In this document: positions 23,056 through 35,194 of the stretch, piece after piece
How the letters are laid out: every line of letters starts with the position of its first letter
Position numbering within the stretch: position 1 is the first letter of the stretch
Source: Jimgerdemannia flammicorona
Lineage: Eukaryota
Direction of reading: 5' to 3'
Assembly (NCBI GenBank): GCA_003990765.1
Contig: RBNJ01000137.1
Location: 1 to 39,700, forward strand
DNA length: 39,700 nt
Position numbers and translations under genes: made by a program
The notes under the pieces: model-generated
What the model was told of the DNA's origin: nothing
The model's input: the letters and a program-made list of their open reading frames with translations, nothing else
Databases searched by the model: none

Positions 23056-24597
23056 CTCCTGTCAGACAAACATAAAAGTTCTGGCAACATTATCATAAAA
23101 ACCTTCTGAAGCATCAACTCAAACATTCAGTATTGCCTGGAGGAACTTGATGACAACATAATGTGCCAAGTTGAGAAGCTTGAGCTCTTCAAGTCTGAGT
23201 GATAGTTAGTCACACATTCATCACTTTTGGCTAGAGTCTCGCAACAATCTTAGTCATCACTATAAGGAATTCATTAATCTTGGCCACTAAGAGCAGCACA
23301 TCAAGAAGTATGCCTGAATCATTATATATCTACTATAGTTTGGGATGTTCCAGTTTGACTTCCTCTGATCAGATTGTGATCAAGAACCTGGCACTGCAAA
23401 GGCTGCTGATATTGTTCCTTAAAGATTAAATGTGCAGAGTTATGCAGAAAGTTTATCTATTCTACAACATTATTATATATAAGCTATAGTAGAGTATCCT
23501 TTGCATCAGATATATAGTGGTGGGGTCACTTGACTACATCAGCAGGCTAATGACTGAGATATCTGTGCACCATAGCCCCATATACTTTCTCTAGTACTGG
23601 ATTGAGGGCTGGCTTAAGGAAGAGCAGTTGTGTGACTTGTAGTTCTATATTGCATGTGACTGGTAGTAGCTCAGACTGTCTATCTCATTTTTGAGTGCCC
23701 TCAAGAAGTATATTCATCACATAGTATATGAGCTCCTGGTAAAGATTATCTATATGCTCAAAGAGACATCTACACTGCTCTTACTTCTGTAGCTCAATCT
23801 GTCACAATATATCTTGATACAGCTGTGGAAAGATATATGTTTAGAAAGACATATTATTCACACAGCTACCTCATCAGTTGTCTTTAGAATTTCTCCTATT
23901 GGCAAGATTCCTTTGTCAATATTTCCTTCTAATCTAAGTTTGTTCATTATCTGTACTGTTCAGATATGTGCATTGTGGCAATGATATAGTAACAGCTTGA
24001 TATCTATCAGTATTTATATATAGATGATATATTTTATAATACATATCATAACTTTAATAGTATCTGCAATTAGACTCTCATTATAATAATGCTAATTATT
24101 ATCTTGACTATCTTTACTCTATACATTCATTTCCAACATGCTTCTAAAAAAACCCCACCAAGTCTCCAACCAAGGACACTAAGCCCCCAACCAAGGAGTC
24201 TATACATTCAAAGATTTCAAAACATATAAAGATTATGAAGTCAGCAGAGGGCACTACTTTAAAGAAAATAGCTTTATCTGTCATGGCCAAGACATTGCTA
24301 ATATATACAGATATAAATATCTCTCAGGATAACTTGAAACACAATATTTAGGAGAAAAGAAAAAGATCTGTTTATCACTACATAGTCAGAATATTACTAT
24401 GAAGTCCTATGAATATAGCAATGATAATATTGATAACTAAGAGAATGACCTCCCACTGGTGAGAAGAAGTCACCATAACAAAGCCATCAATCTTTGAGAT
24501 ATTACTAAGTATAAAAATACTAGAGGTAACTTACAAAGTAAGAGTGAGTCCACTTATACTAACAAATCTTTGCAGACTGAAGAGAATATCAATCCAA

Positions 24598-24815
24598 ACA
24601 ATGATGATCCAGATGATCTGGATAATCAGAATGATCAAGACAATCAAAATGACCAGGCTGACCAGGATGACCAAGATGACCAGAATGACCAAGATGACCA
24701 AGATGACTAAGCTGACTAGGACAATCAAGACAACCAAGATGACCAGGGCAACCAAGATGATGAAAGTGACCAAGATAGTCAGAATGATGATTAGGAAGAC
24801 TATGATGATATCTAG
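24598..24815 (+). repeat. 9-bp tandem repeat (GATGACCAA/G), read as (DDQ/NDQ/DNQ)n
   Basis: gaccaggat gaccaagat gaccagaat gaccaagat..., more than 20 degenerate units. Confidence 0.9.
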
Positions 24816-25173
24816 ATAATTCTTGCTGAATTATCTGACTATATAAAGAAACCTGAAGCCTTCAGTAAATTACTAAAAATCAAGATATCAATATATAATA
24901 AAAGCAAAGACAAAGTCCTCATCATTGAACCTGGTGTTCTCAAAGTATTTATTAGACAGAATGTTCTGAATATTCAGAAGAAGATAGCAAAAACTGGAAG
25001 ACAAAAGTAGGATTCATTTAAATTTATATATGTATATTTAATATTATTTTAGAAATATATCTAAATTTTTATATATTTCAAATAGCTAATTAACTCTTGC
25101 TGAAGTCAAGTCTATCTGGGATATTGAAGAAGACAACTAGAATAGCTTCATAGTTGAGTTAGTATACCACATC

Positions 25174-25597
25174 TAGTACTCCCAAACAAGTCGAATCAAT
25201 TCGAATTGAATTGAATTGAGGGTTAAATGAGTCTAATCGAATTGGGGATTTTTCAATTCGAATCAATTCGAATCGAATCAAAAGTTGAATCAAATTGAGG
25301 GTCTGATTTGAATCCTAATTTTCAAAATGCAATAACTCAGCGTAAACTCATCCAAATCTAACGTACTTTAGCTTGTTAGAATCACATTAATACGGTGAAT
25401 CTAACAAGCTAAAATACATTAAATTTGGATGAGTTTCCATCGGGTTATTACATTTTGAAAATTAAGGTTTGAATCGAACTTCGAATCGAATTGGACCTTT
25501 GATTTGATTCGAATTGAATCAAATTGGACCCTTGATTCGATTGAATCGAATCAAGTTTGGGCCAAATTCGATTCAATTCAATTTGTTGGGAGCACTA
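25174..25597. mobile_element. hAT-like MITE copy 1 (424 bp)
   Basis: TIR TAGTACTCCCAA...TTGGGAGCACTA; exact 8-bp TSD ACCACATC (25166-25173, 25598-25605); TCGAA micro-repeats; internal hairpin 25316-25464. Confidence 0.93.
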
Positions 25598-27917
25598 ACC
25601 ACATCTTTAACAAGAATCTGTTTCTGGACAGTAGTGAGTTATAGGAGAAAAATATGCTTATCTAACATCTTATGAAGAACAATAAAATATTATAAACCAA
25701 AGAGCAAGATCCAAATGATGATGTTTTCAGTGTGGTAAGTTTTGGAGATATATATATATTAGTAATAACTGGTTGCTACTATTAATTATTATATCAATTG
25801 AAACTTATATAAAAACTTTAACATAGGCAAAATTCAAGCTTTTCAATTTATGAGATTATATCAAAGAGATACTCCAAAAGGCCTGAGAGATTATTTTTAC
25901 TGAAATCAATTTTCATACATATGATGAGACTAATAAAAGAAAGAGGCAGCAGAATACCATCAAGTATCTGGTGGTTGACAATAAATAGACTATATTCATA
26001 AAGAGAAAAAATGGATCTAACTCTTTCAATCAGTATATATATTACATGTATTGAATCTTGCTTTTACTGGAGAAGAATATTGATGTCCTCAGGCAATGTT
26101 ATCTGATAATATGGTCACTCTAAAAGAATACTTATGGCTATCTGTACCTATGTAAGTTATCTTTTTAACTTCTGTTATTTTTATTTTTATTTTATTTAAT
26201 CCTTCAAAATATATTACAGATTGAATATTTGTTCATGGTACCTTCTAAGGATCAGTTCTTTAAAGGAATTGCAAGCAAGCTCTACCTTCCTTAGGCCAAT
26301 ACAATTGAATTATTTTCAGATAAAATTGACTACCAGATACTAACCACAGTATTGACTAAGATTTTTAAACATAATTCAGAATTGCTAAAGACAAATATCT
26401 GCAAAATCAAGATCATTTCTGATATATTAGAGGACTCTGATGATGATGCTGAAATCTCTGAAATGGTAATAGTATTATATATTTCTATAATTGTAGCTTA
26501 TAGTTTATATTGTATAGCTTGCAGTTTGTACTCTATGGCAGTGTAGCTTGCTTGGCTCACAGCTTACATAGCTTGTAGGCTTTGCTAAACTCAGTTTTAT
26601 TTGGCCATCACTCATATATAGATGACCTCTGGGATATTATAGACAAGGAGCCCAAATTTACAGCAAAGTATAGAGTAATAAATCAATATAAATTACAAAT
26701 TGCATCAAACATTTCAGAAAACAGAGATAATATACTGAGATATATCAAAAAAATAAAGGGGCAGTAGATGGACAGTTTTGTTTAAAAATTGTTAGGTCTA
26801 AGATGACAACATATTTACTAAGTAAAGTCTTATTAATATTATGAAAATTTTTCAAATATCTGTACCTGGTGTATTTGCTCTAGAGATATCTAGTATCTGG
26901 TGACTGATCAGATATATCTAGATTAGCCAGATGTCAGTAGTCATATTTCTCAATAATAGATTAACTCTTAACTATTTGACTCTAACTTGATGTTTGGCAT
27001 TTGAGCAAATGGAACTAATGAACTAACTTTTATTCCTATACTATAGATATTACTAAATATATATATCACCTATGCTATGCTAACTATATTAAGTAATTTA
27101 TATTAGATATTTATACTGTCTGCTGTTTAGGTTCAGATATCAGATTCAGAACAACTAAATTATTTAATATAAATTCCTATATTCCAATATATCAGGTTGA
27201 TACCTATAGTAGCTTAATTTCACTCTGTTATAATTTTGGACACTATCAACACTCAATGCTAGGTTTTATTCTAATACCTGTTATCTGTCTCAGTGTTTCT
27301 CTACAAAGAACTCTTCAGAGAAATTTCAAGAACTTTAATTTATATATACTGTAATATCTGAGTCTTGAAGATATAGAATATTTTGGAACACATCAATTTT
27401 GACCACATGTCCTTATAAACACACTTTGCTACTTTGTCACTTGACTACATTTCCTTTTTTTCTTTCACTCCTTCTCTCCTATTACTTCTAAGACCTTCCT
27501 GAGATCCCTCAAAGAGATAAACTCTACTGTAATTTCTATTGAAAATCCCTCTTCTCTTAGCAATGGACTTCTGCTGACAAGACCATTTCTCAATCCTTAT
27601 TGATGATATTAAAATTATTCTGTAAGCTTCTCTTAAAGTTTTAGAGTAGTTATTTGTAATAGTTGTGGGGTCTTTATATTTACAGAGGTTATATTTGGTT
27701 ATTCAGAAGTTTAGACTTTATTTATTTATCTAATAATTCATATATTTATACTCAATACATCTGGCATAGTTATCTAAATACTCATGCTTCACTAATGCTA
27801 CTATTATTCAGTATATATACTCATAAATATCTCTATATACTACATATCAGAGGACTACTGACTTCACTAAATGATGCCATCTCCAGTTCTAATATAAAAC
27901 TGATTTATCATTTTTTG

Positions 27918-28122
27918 AATCTCACTAGCTTACATAAATCCCACTAGCTTACACAAATCTTACTAACATAAATCTCACCAATCTATACAAATCTTATCAG
28001 CCCTCACAAATCTCACCAGCCTACCTAAATCTAACTAGCTTATATGAATCTCACCAGCTCATTCAAATCTCACTAGTCTATATAAATTTTACCAGCCTAT
28101 CTAAATCTCACTAGCCCACAAA
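27918..28122. repeat. 19-bp minisatellite (AATCTCACCAGCCTACACA-like), about 11 units
   Basis: aatctcactagcttacata / aatcccactagcttacaca / ... / aatctcactagcccacaaa; unit differences are mostly C/T. Confidence 0.88.
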
Positions 28123-30638
28123 TAATGAACTGGTTCACTATCTTCTTGCCAAGATTTCCACCTTTCAACTAAATCTCTCCAGGAAGGTTTCTACTTCTTT
28201 CATTAAGAAATATTCTTGCTGAATAATAAGGTACATTTATTAATTGAAAATTATATATATGAGAATATATAAGTGAAACAAAGCAAGAATAAGTAGATCA
28301 GAATACTAGTATTATGAGTATACTGAGTATTATACTGAATTCTGTGTTAAGTTGAAATATTGGTATTATTCTACAATTATATCAAAAGGAATTACACTAT
28401 ATACTAAACAAACTGCAGCTTATTCAATATTTATTCCCATAGCCTAATAATTATCTCTGGAAGTTAGAATACTGCATCTACCAAGTACTCTATAAATTGG
28501 TATCTTCTATATTTTAAGCATAAAGAATGGACTTAGTAGTATATAGATAGTACTATAAAAATAGACTAGTATTATGATATATCAGTGATTCCATTTTTTA
28601 TTTTTATTTTTATTTTTTTTATCTTTTATTGGATATTTGTTTTAGAGCTAGTTTTGTTTTTGCAAAACATTTATAGATATTTAAAATTGTAATCTCTTCA
28701 TGCTCAAAGACATTGTTTTAATAGTATGTTATTTAGAAATTAACAGTAACTCTCTTGATAATAGACTTTAGATATTATTTTTTTATATATATTACTATTT
28801 TTTACACTTTGCTATATATGTTTTGTACTTTCCAAATATAGTTAACTAAGTATCTATATATTCTACTCCTATATTATATTGAGAATAATTCTTATATTAC
28901 TAGATTTCTTTTGGAATTTAGTAATAGTTCTCTGGTCATAAATTTTTACCCTTAGATATATAACAGCCACAGTAAGTATGAACTCAATTATTTCAGAGTA
29001 AGTGCCCACCTACCCCTCAAATACCTTCTTTGTCAAATGTCTTTCCTGTTGAACTCTCTTTATTTACAAACTCACCATCAATCCCAGACAAGCCTCATAC
29101 TAGCTAATACTTTTTTTTTTTTTTTTTTTTTTTAAAGTTACTTGGACTCTCACTTTATTACTATCTAATCTATATTATATTAATATAAAGATATGAATGT
29201 ACTCTTCACCCAATCTCACATGAAACCTCTTCTCTCTTCTTCTTTCCACCTCTTCAAAGTGTTACCAACTCCTCTATAACTCTAACTCTCTCCCTACTTT
29301 TTTGGTAAATATATTCCACAAGTCTCCTACAGATTCCCCCTCTAGGTCCCCACCCCTATCATCAACCAACTATTCAGAATATCTAGCAATAATTACTTCC
29401 ATCTTGTAACTCACACCCTAAGTATCAAACTCTGATCATTCTCAAATATGTAAAGCCAATATCTGGTAAGCCCAATCCAAATAGCCACAGCCCACCCAAA
29501 AGTCAACTACTTATCTCTAACTCCTCTCACCAGTCTTCACTGGAGATCACCCCTCTCTCACCCTCTATCTCCCCAATAGGTTGCAACTTCAGCTGATTCT
29601 TAATTACTCTCTAAAAGTCTCCCAATATCTCACACTCCCCCAGCCAATGCTCAGGGGTCTGTACTACTCTATCCTCCTGCCCAACATTAAAACACTTCAC
29701 TCCAGAGTACTCTTTTTTACCAAATGTCTTGATTGATAATTCAGTATCACATTTTACCACAAGAGCCTTCACTATACCACCCAGAACTTAGGGGGAAGCT
29801 ACCTTAACACCTGCTTGCTCTAAGACCAAATGCTATTCTAGTCTCACTCTTTGTCAATTCCTACCCCCTGCCAGGTCTCAGGCCACAAATCTCTCCTATA
29901 CTCTTATAGATATTCCACACTATCCTCTAAATAAAATTCATCTACCAATATACTCCCTAATAGTAGACAATCTCACCTTCACATCTGGGACTCCTATTCT
30001 CTCTCTCCCTTATCACCCTACTACCTGAGTTCAATTTGATGAGCCCCATCAACTACTCTCTACCAGAATCTCTAATAGTATATCTTTCTGCTTTCCTCCA
30101 GTGCCACCAGAGAAAGCAAGTCACCAGTTACACTCTGAAGAGAGAAATGAATCTTCCACACCCTCTGCATAAGGGGTACCCACTATTGACCACTCAATTT
30201 ACTTGCTTGCTTTAGCCACCATGCCTGCTAGCAGTATAGATACTTAGTAAAGTCTACCAGGCCCAGATCTCCTCTATCTACTTGCAATATTAGTATCTTT
30301 TAGCTGATCAACTTCACTACTCTGCCCATATCTATGACCTAGTCACCTTAATAGCCTCTTGACCACTTATGTCAAGAATTCTAAGTAATATTCCAAATAC
30401 TATAGCTTAGGCAGCTAATATATATTTAACACTATCACCCTCTCTGCCAGAGAGATATATCAGCCACCCTATCTCAAGAGAGCATCCCCCCACTCAAACA
30501 GCTGCTGTTTCCACCAACCCTGAGACAACAGGGACTCATATACCAAAAAGTAAATCCTCAGATAATAGACTACTTCTCCCATCAGGACAACTTTCTCAAT
30601 CACATCTCCTCCTACTATTCCTCTACCTAAGACCAGAG

Positions 30639-30953
30639 TAGTGCTCCCAACGAATCGAATCAAGGGTCCAATTCAATTTGATTCAAATCGAATCAAGGTC
30701 CAATTTGATTCGAAGTTTGATTCAAACCTTAATTTTCAAAATGTAATAACTCGACGAAAACTCATCCAAATTTAACATATTGTAGCTTGTTAGATTTACC
30801 ATATTAATGTGATTCTAACAAGCTAAAGTACATTAGATTTGGATGAGTTTATGCTGAGTTATTGCATTTTGAAAATTAGAATTCGAATCAGACCCTCAAT
30901 TTGATTCGACTTTTGATTCGATTCGAATTTATTCGACTCATTTGGGAGCACTA
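30639..30953. mobile_element. hAT-like MITE copy 2 (315 bp), inverted relative to copy 1, inserted in the RT of LINE D
   Basis: TIR TAGTGCTCCCAA...TTGGGAGCACTA; exact 8-bp TSD GACCAGAG (30631-30638, 30954-30961); internal hairpin 30730-30878. Confidence 0.95.
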
Positions 30954-32174
30954 GACCAGAGTCTCACACTTATACCAGTTCAGCTTAGTACTCAAGTATC
31001 CCTCATACTATTTCACTGTACTCTTCAGTTTCACCACATTCTCTACGGGGCCTAATCTGACCACTATATCATCAGCAAAGACCCCCACCTTCCAGTTTAC
31101 TCCTAGAATATTCAACCCCCCCACTCTGTACTGTATTCTGTCCAACAATGGCTCCAGTGAGAGAGCATAAAGGATCAGTAACAGTGGATCTCTCTGCAGC
31201 ACTCTACTGCTCAGAGGAAATGACTCCCCCCTATACCCATTCACTATAATAGCCCCCTTACTCTCCTTCAGCAAACTAATCATTAATCTTCTAAATTCTA
31301 GAGGGACTCCCATTTACTTCAACACCCCTTTTAGCCATATATATCTGACTTTGTTAAAAGTCTTCTCTTGGTCCAAAAAGACTAGTTAACCATCAACCCC
31401 AGTAGCATGAGTTTCTTCAATGATACCATGGATCCAAACTGTCTTATTTTATATCAAATGACTCAGACAAAGCCCTGCTGCTCTGCCCCTAATACCTGCA
31501 AAGCCACTCCTTACAACCTAGCCACCAAAATCTTTATTACCAACTTGTGATCAATAATCAGAAGCATGATCAGCCTCCAGTTCTTTCAATGATCCCTCCT
31601 TCTCTTATTCTTATACAACAGAGCTACAAGCCCTAAGCAATACTCTCCAATCCAGAACTCTGAGCCAATAACTTCATCATATATCTACATTATCTCCTCC
31701 AGTGCAATCTCTACACTGGCCATCTACTTCCAAAAATCCTAAGGCAATTTATCTTCCCCTGGGGTAGTCTCCAGATTTATTGTTGTCAAAATCCAACAGA
31801 TCTCTTCCCCCTGTACAGGGACTCCAAGTTCACCCAGGCCCACTGCTGGGTCTGGATACCAATCCTCCAGCTGCTATTCAATATCTAGTATATCTTTACC
31901 ACTCTCCCCCTCACTCCACAACTGCCTTCAGTAAGACTACAGTAGCTCTAAGATTTTTGACATCTCAATCACCATATCACTTATCTCATCCAATACTCCT
32001 TCCCACCACTGCCTCATTCTTTTTGCCAGAAGCAACCTTGATAGAAACTTTATAGATCACTCTCTTTCTTTCAGGCCCTACTACTGCAACTGCACCACTA
32101 TTCCCTTCACCTATAATTTCTCCTTCTGCCTAAGCAGCCTCTTTAATTCTTCCACCTCTCACTAAATCTATTGA

Positions 32175-32266
32175 GCCCTCCAATCTCCTTCCTCACTGCC
32201 CTCCAATCTCCTTCCTCACTACCCTCCAATCTTCTTCCTCACTGCCCTCCAATCTCCTTTCTCACT
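32175..32266. repeat. 23-bp tandem repeat x4 inside ORF2 of LINE D
   Basis: (G/A)CCCTCCAATCTCCTTCCTCACT four times with 1-2 transitions each. Confidence 0.92.
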
Positions 32267-33291
32267 ACTATTCAAAGATCTGGCCCACCTCTCCAGTAAC
32301 CTCTCCAACCTCTGTGAGGCCCACCTTATATGACTTCTCCTCTGGGCCCCCCTCCCTCTCTCAGCCTTGTCTCAGTATTACTGAGCATCAGATTTCAAAC
32401 ACTGTTAATGATCTCCAATCTCCAACCCCTATATATATCTTCTAGCTAATAATCCTAACAATAATATCAACTACTTATTCACCCTATAAGACATGATCCC
32501 CCAGCAACAAAGTATTCAAATACCAATATCCTGATCTCTCCCTACTTCTCCCAAATATCCCACAGCCCAGCAAACCCCAGTGGTCAGACCAAAGGCACTA
32601 GACTGTCTCAATTGTACTCCAGACATCTGGTCCCCAGCACTCAGCAGTTAATGCTCAGTCAATCCTTGATCTCAGCCCTGTCATTCAGTGAGTATAGATC
32701 TGATAATCTCTCTATCCAAGTCACTCTATATCCACTAGTGAGCTCAATCTCTGAATCTCCTCTCAGTTTTCCATCCCCCCACTCCTATCTGTCATTCCTC
32801 TCTCTCCATCCATCCTGTCCAGCAGTCTATTTTATATTATATTAAAGTTATCCCCCAGACAGTCAATCCCCTCAGCTACTATGACTTCTGTATCTCTTAG
32901 TCCCCTTATCTACTCCATATGCTCTCCCCTTTCTGCTAGGCAATAATATAACCAAATAGTCAAGAGGCTCTAGTCTGGCCTCCTCTATACTCCCTATATC
33001 ACTCTGCCCCCCCAATGTCTAATGTCCACAATATCCCCCTTATCCTTTCTAATCAAAATACCTATCCAATCCTGCCATACTGCTATATCTCTCCATTCCC
33101 TTATCCAATCCTATAAGTCCAAGCCAGCATCATAGTCTATGTCCTACAATAAAAACACATCTGTATCCAGCCCCTTCAATCAGCTGAAGATATTTCAATA
33201 CCTTATCACACCTTCAAACTATTGATATTCAAAGAGAAGATTCTAGTTATACTATTTATATTAAATAATATTTAGAGAATAAGCACTCATC

Positions 33292-35194
33292 CTACAATTT
33301 TATACTCACTATATTGCTAGCAACATCCAGGTTCTACTCTGTTCTAAGCTCATCTGCCTCTCTCTGCTGAGCATCTAGTACTTCTAAGATCTCCTGATAG
33401 TCTGTATCATCCACTACCTCTATGTCAGACCAGTTGTTCTGATATACTACTTATTACTTATCCAACTCCTTTCTAGGTCCCCACAGATATACCACCTACT
33501 TATTCACAATAGTTAGAAGTACTGCCTCTCTGTCATCATCTATCTTATATTTCTCTGTCTCCAATAGTTCTATCAATAGTTCATTATGAAACTTCTGAAC
33601 CACTTCCTCTCCTTATAGAATCTCACCTCAGTATTACTTGCTAATTACCCTAAAATCTATCTTATTCAACTTATCTACCACAACATTTGTCAATATCTTC
33701 TACAACTACTTCTCCTCCCCTATGGCCTCATTGATATCTAGGGCCACCTCCTGCCCCCCTGCCCCCAGATCCCCTTTTACATTCATCCTTATTGACTCAT
33801 TCCAGTTCTCCTCTGATATATTCTACAGTTTGTCAGTCTCTCCTTCTCCTGTAGGCACCCCATACTGAACTTGGGCCTCCTCTGCCATCATTACATCCTT
33901 GGCCACTGCACTCTGCTTGGAGCTTCCCCTCTCCTCCAGAGTCACTGTGGGAGTCTCTCCCTTTTTTTCTGCTCAAATACTTACCCTTGATCTACCACTA
34001 GCTACAGTAGCTTCACTCTCTGCCCTCTCTCCCAGATTTGCCAATGGGTCCTTCTGATATTGCCTCTCTTGTACTCTCTTCCAAGTAATCTTATCTAGTT
34101 GCACTCTCCTGCCATTCATGATTTCAACCACTGTCCTAGCCTCAAACTTCCTCTAGGTCAGCCTCCTTCTCTCCATAGCTCCTGCCAGATTCTCCAACAC
34201 CTCCAGCAAGTCTTTCCTCTCTTCTGGTATCTCCTTCACCCTTGAGACCTTACACTCCACTGGTCCCCACTTCAGTACTGCTGGCTAATCCCATCTTATT
34301 CCAGTATTCTCCTTGTCTGCTAGTCTAAGTCAGACATCCACATTACTAATCCAGAACTCAGTCCATTTTCAGACTCAGAAACCAATATCCATCACATCAC
34401 TATATTCCTTAATGACATCTATAATCAGCTCCCTGACCACTTCCTTCTTCACTATGAATATATTCACTACCACCAGTTATACCACTCTGGAGTCCCAGTA
34501 CAGACACTGAGCCATAGAAATCACCACTCCTTCTATGACTATCCTTTTTCTAACATTTTCAACATCAACTCCTCCTCCTCAAAGCTCACCTCTACTTCTT
34601 TCAGTTCCTTTAAGAACTTCACCAAACCACTCCTTTCACCTCCTGAGCCAGAAGACTCAGAACCATTTTTGCCATAACTGCTAAGCCTTAGAAGTACAAA
34701 GTAATGGCAAATTCAGATACTAACTTCTTAAGTAATAGTGCCACCACCAAACCCATTATACTATTGACCAGGTCTCCAGATCTCATGCCTTCCCTCAGCC
34801 CAGCCCCACTATTAACTATTATATTTGGATTTTTTTCCAGATTAGCAGTTCTATTAGTATCAGCAGTTCCACTTCCCCCAGCTTCTACCCCCTCAGCCCT
34901 ACTACCACCACTATCATGGGCTCTCCTGCCAGGCCCTATAACTCTCTCCTTCTTCTTGCTCTTCTGTAGCCAGCCCTCTAGTCCAGTCACTAGATGCCCT
35001 ACCTTGACCTTATTAGCAAAGCTCATTCTCCCAGACCCCTGCCTGCTATTCCTCTCTCATCTACCTCCTTATCTACCAGCAAGAGTGTCCAGCAGATTTT
35101 CCCCCAATCTGTGACTCCTCTCCACATACTACTAGTCAAATGTACTATAGTCTCTCTGCTCTGTATGCTTCTCAGAATACTCATTAGTTACTAT
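33292..35194 (-). pseudogene. LINE ORF1 of copy D
   Basis: SFANKVK..GLEGWL..RTANLEKNP..LLKKLVSEFA homologous to the other copies; start codon reads ATA. Confidence 0.8.

Larger units (their letters stand above)
24138..26465 (+). pseudogene. Degraded spliced gene of unknown product with an Asp/Gln/Asn-rich low-complexity tract (probably transposon-borne); limits approximate
   Basis: ATG at 24138, coding-like composition with TAA/TAG at likely Gln codons, DDQ repeat, GTAAGT donors (~25735, ~26152) and AT-rich intron-like blocks; interrupted by a MITE. Confidence 0.45.
29240..33259 (-). pseudogene. LINE ORF2 of copy D, interrupted by MITE copy 2; 3' end approximate
   Basis: (M)NSITRIFSLN start at 33259, GGNFN, WSDHW, LDQEKT, FADD; many stops. 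Confidence 0.85.

Noticed and set aside
21720..23480. Coding-like sequence around the 22185-23055 insertion
   Set aside because: Too many stops and no motif I can recognise, so no product is assigned
24531..24819. Hydrophobic (VIL-rich) or MTK-repeat proteins in the ORF track
   Set aside because: Alternative-frame readings of the 9-bp GATGACCAA repeat
27918..28122. CRISPR-like array
   Set aside because: Units are only 19 bp with no unique 25-40-bp spacers, no cas genes, and the context is eukaryotic
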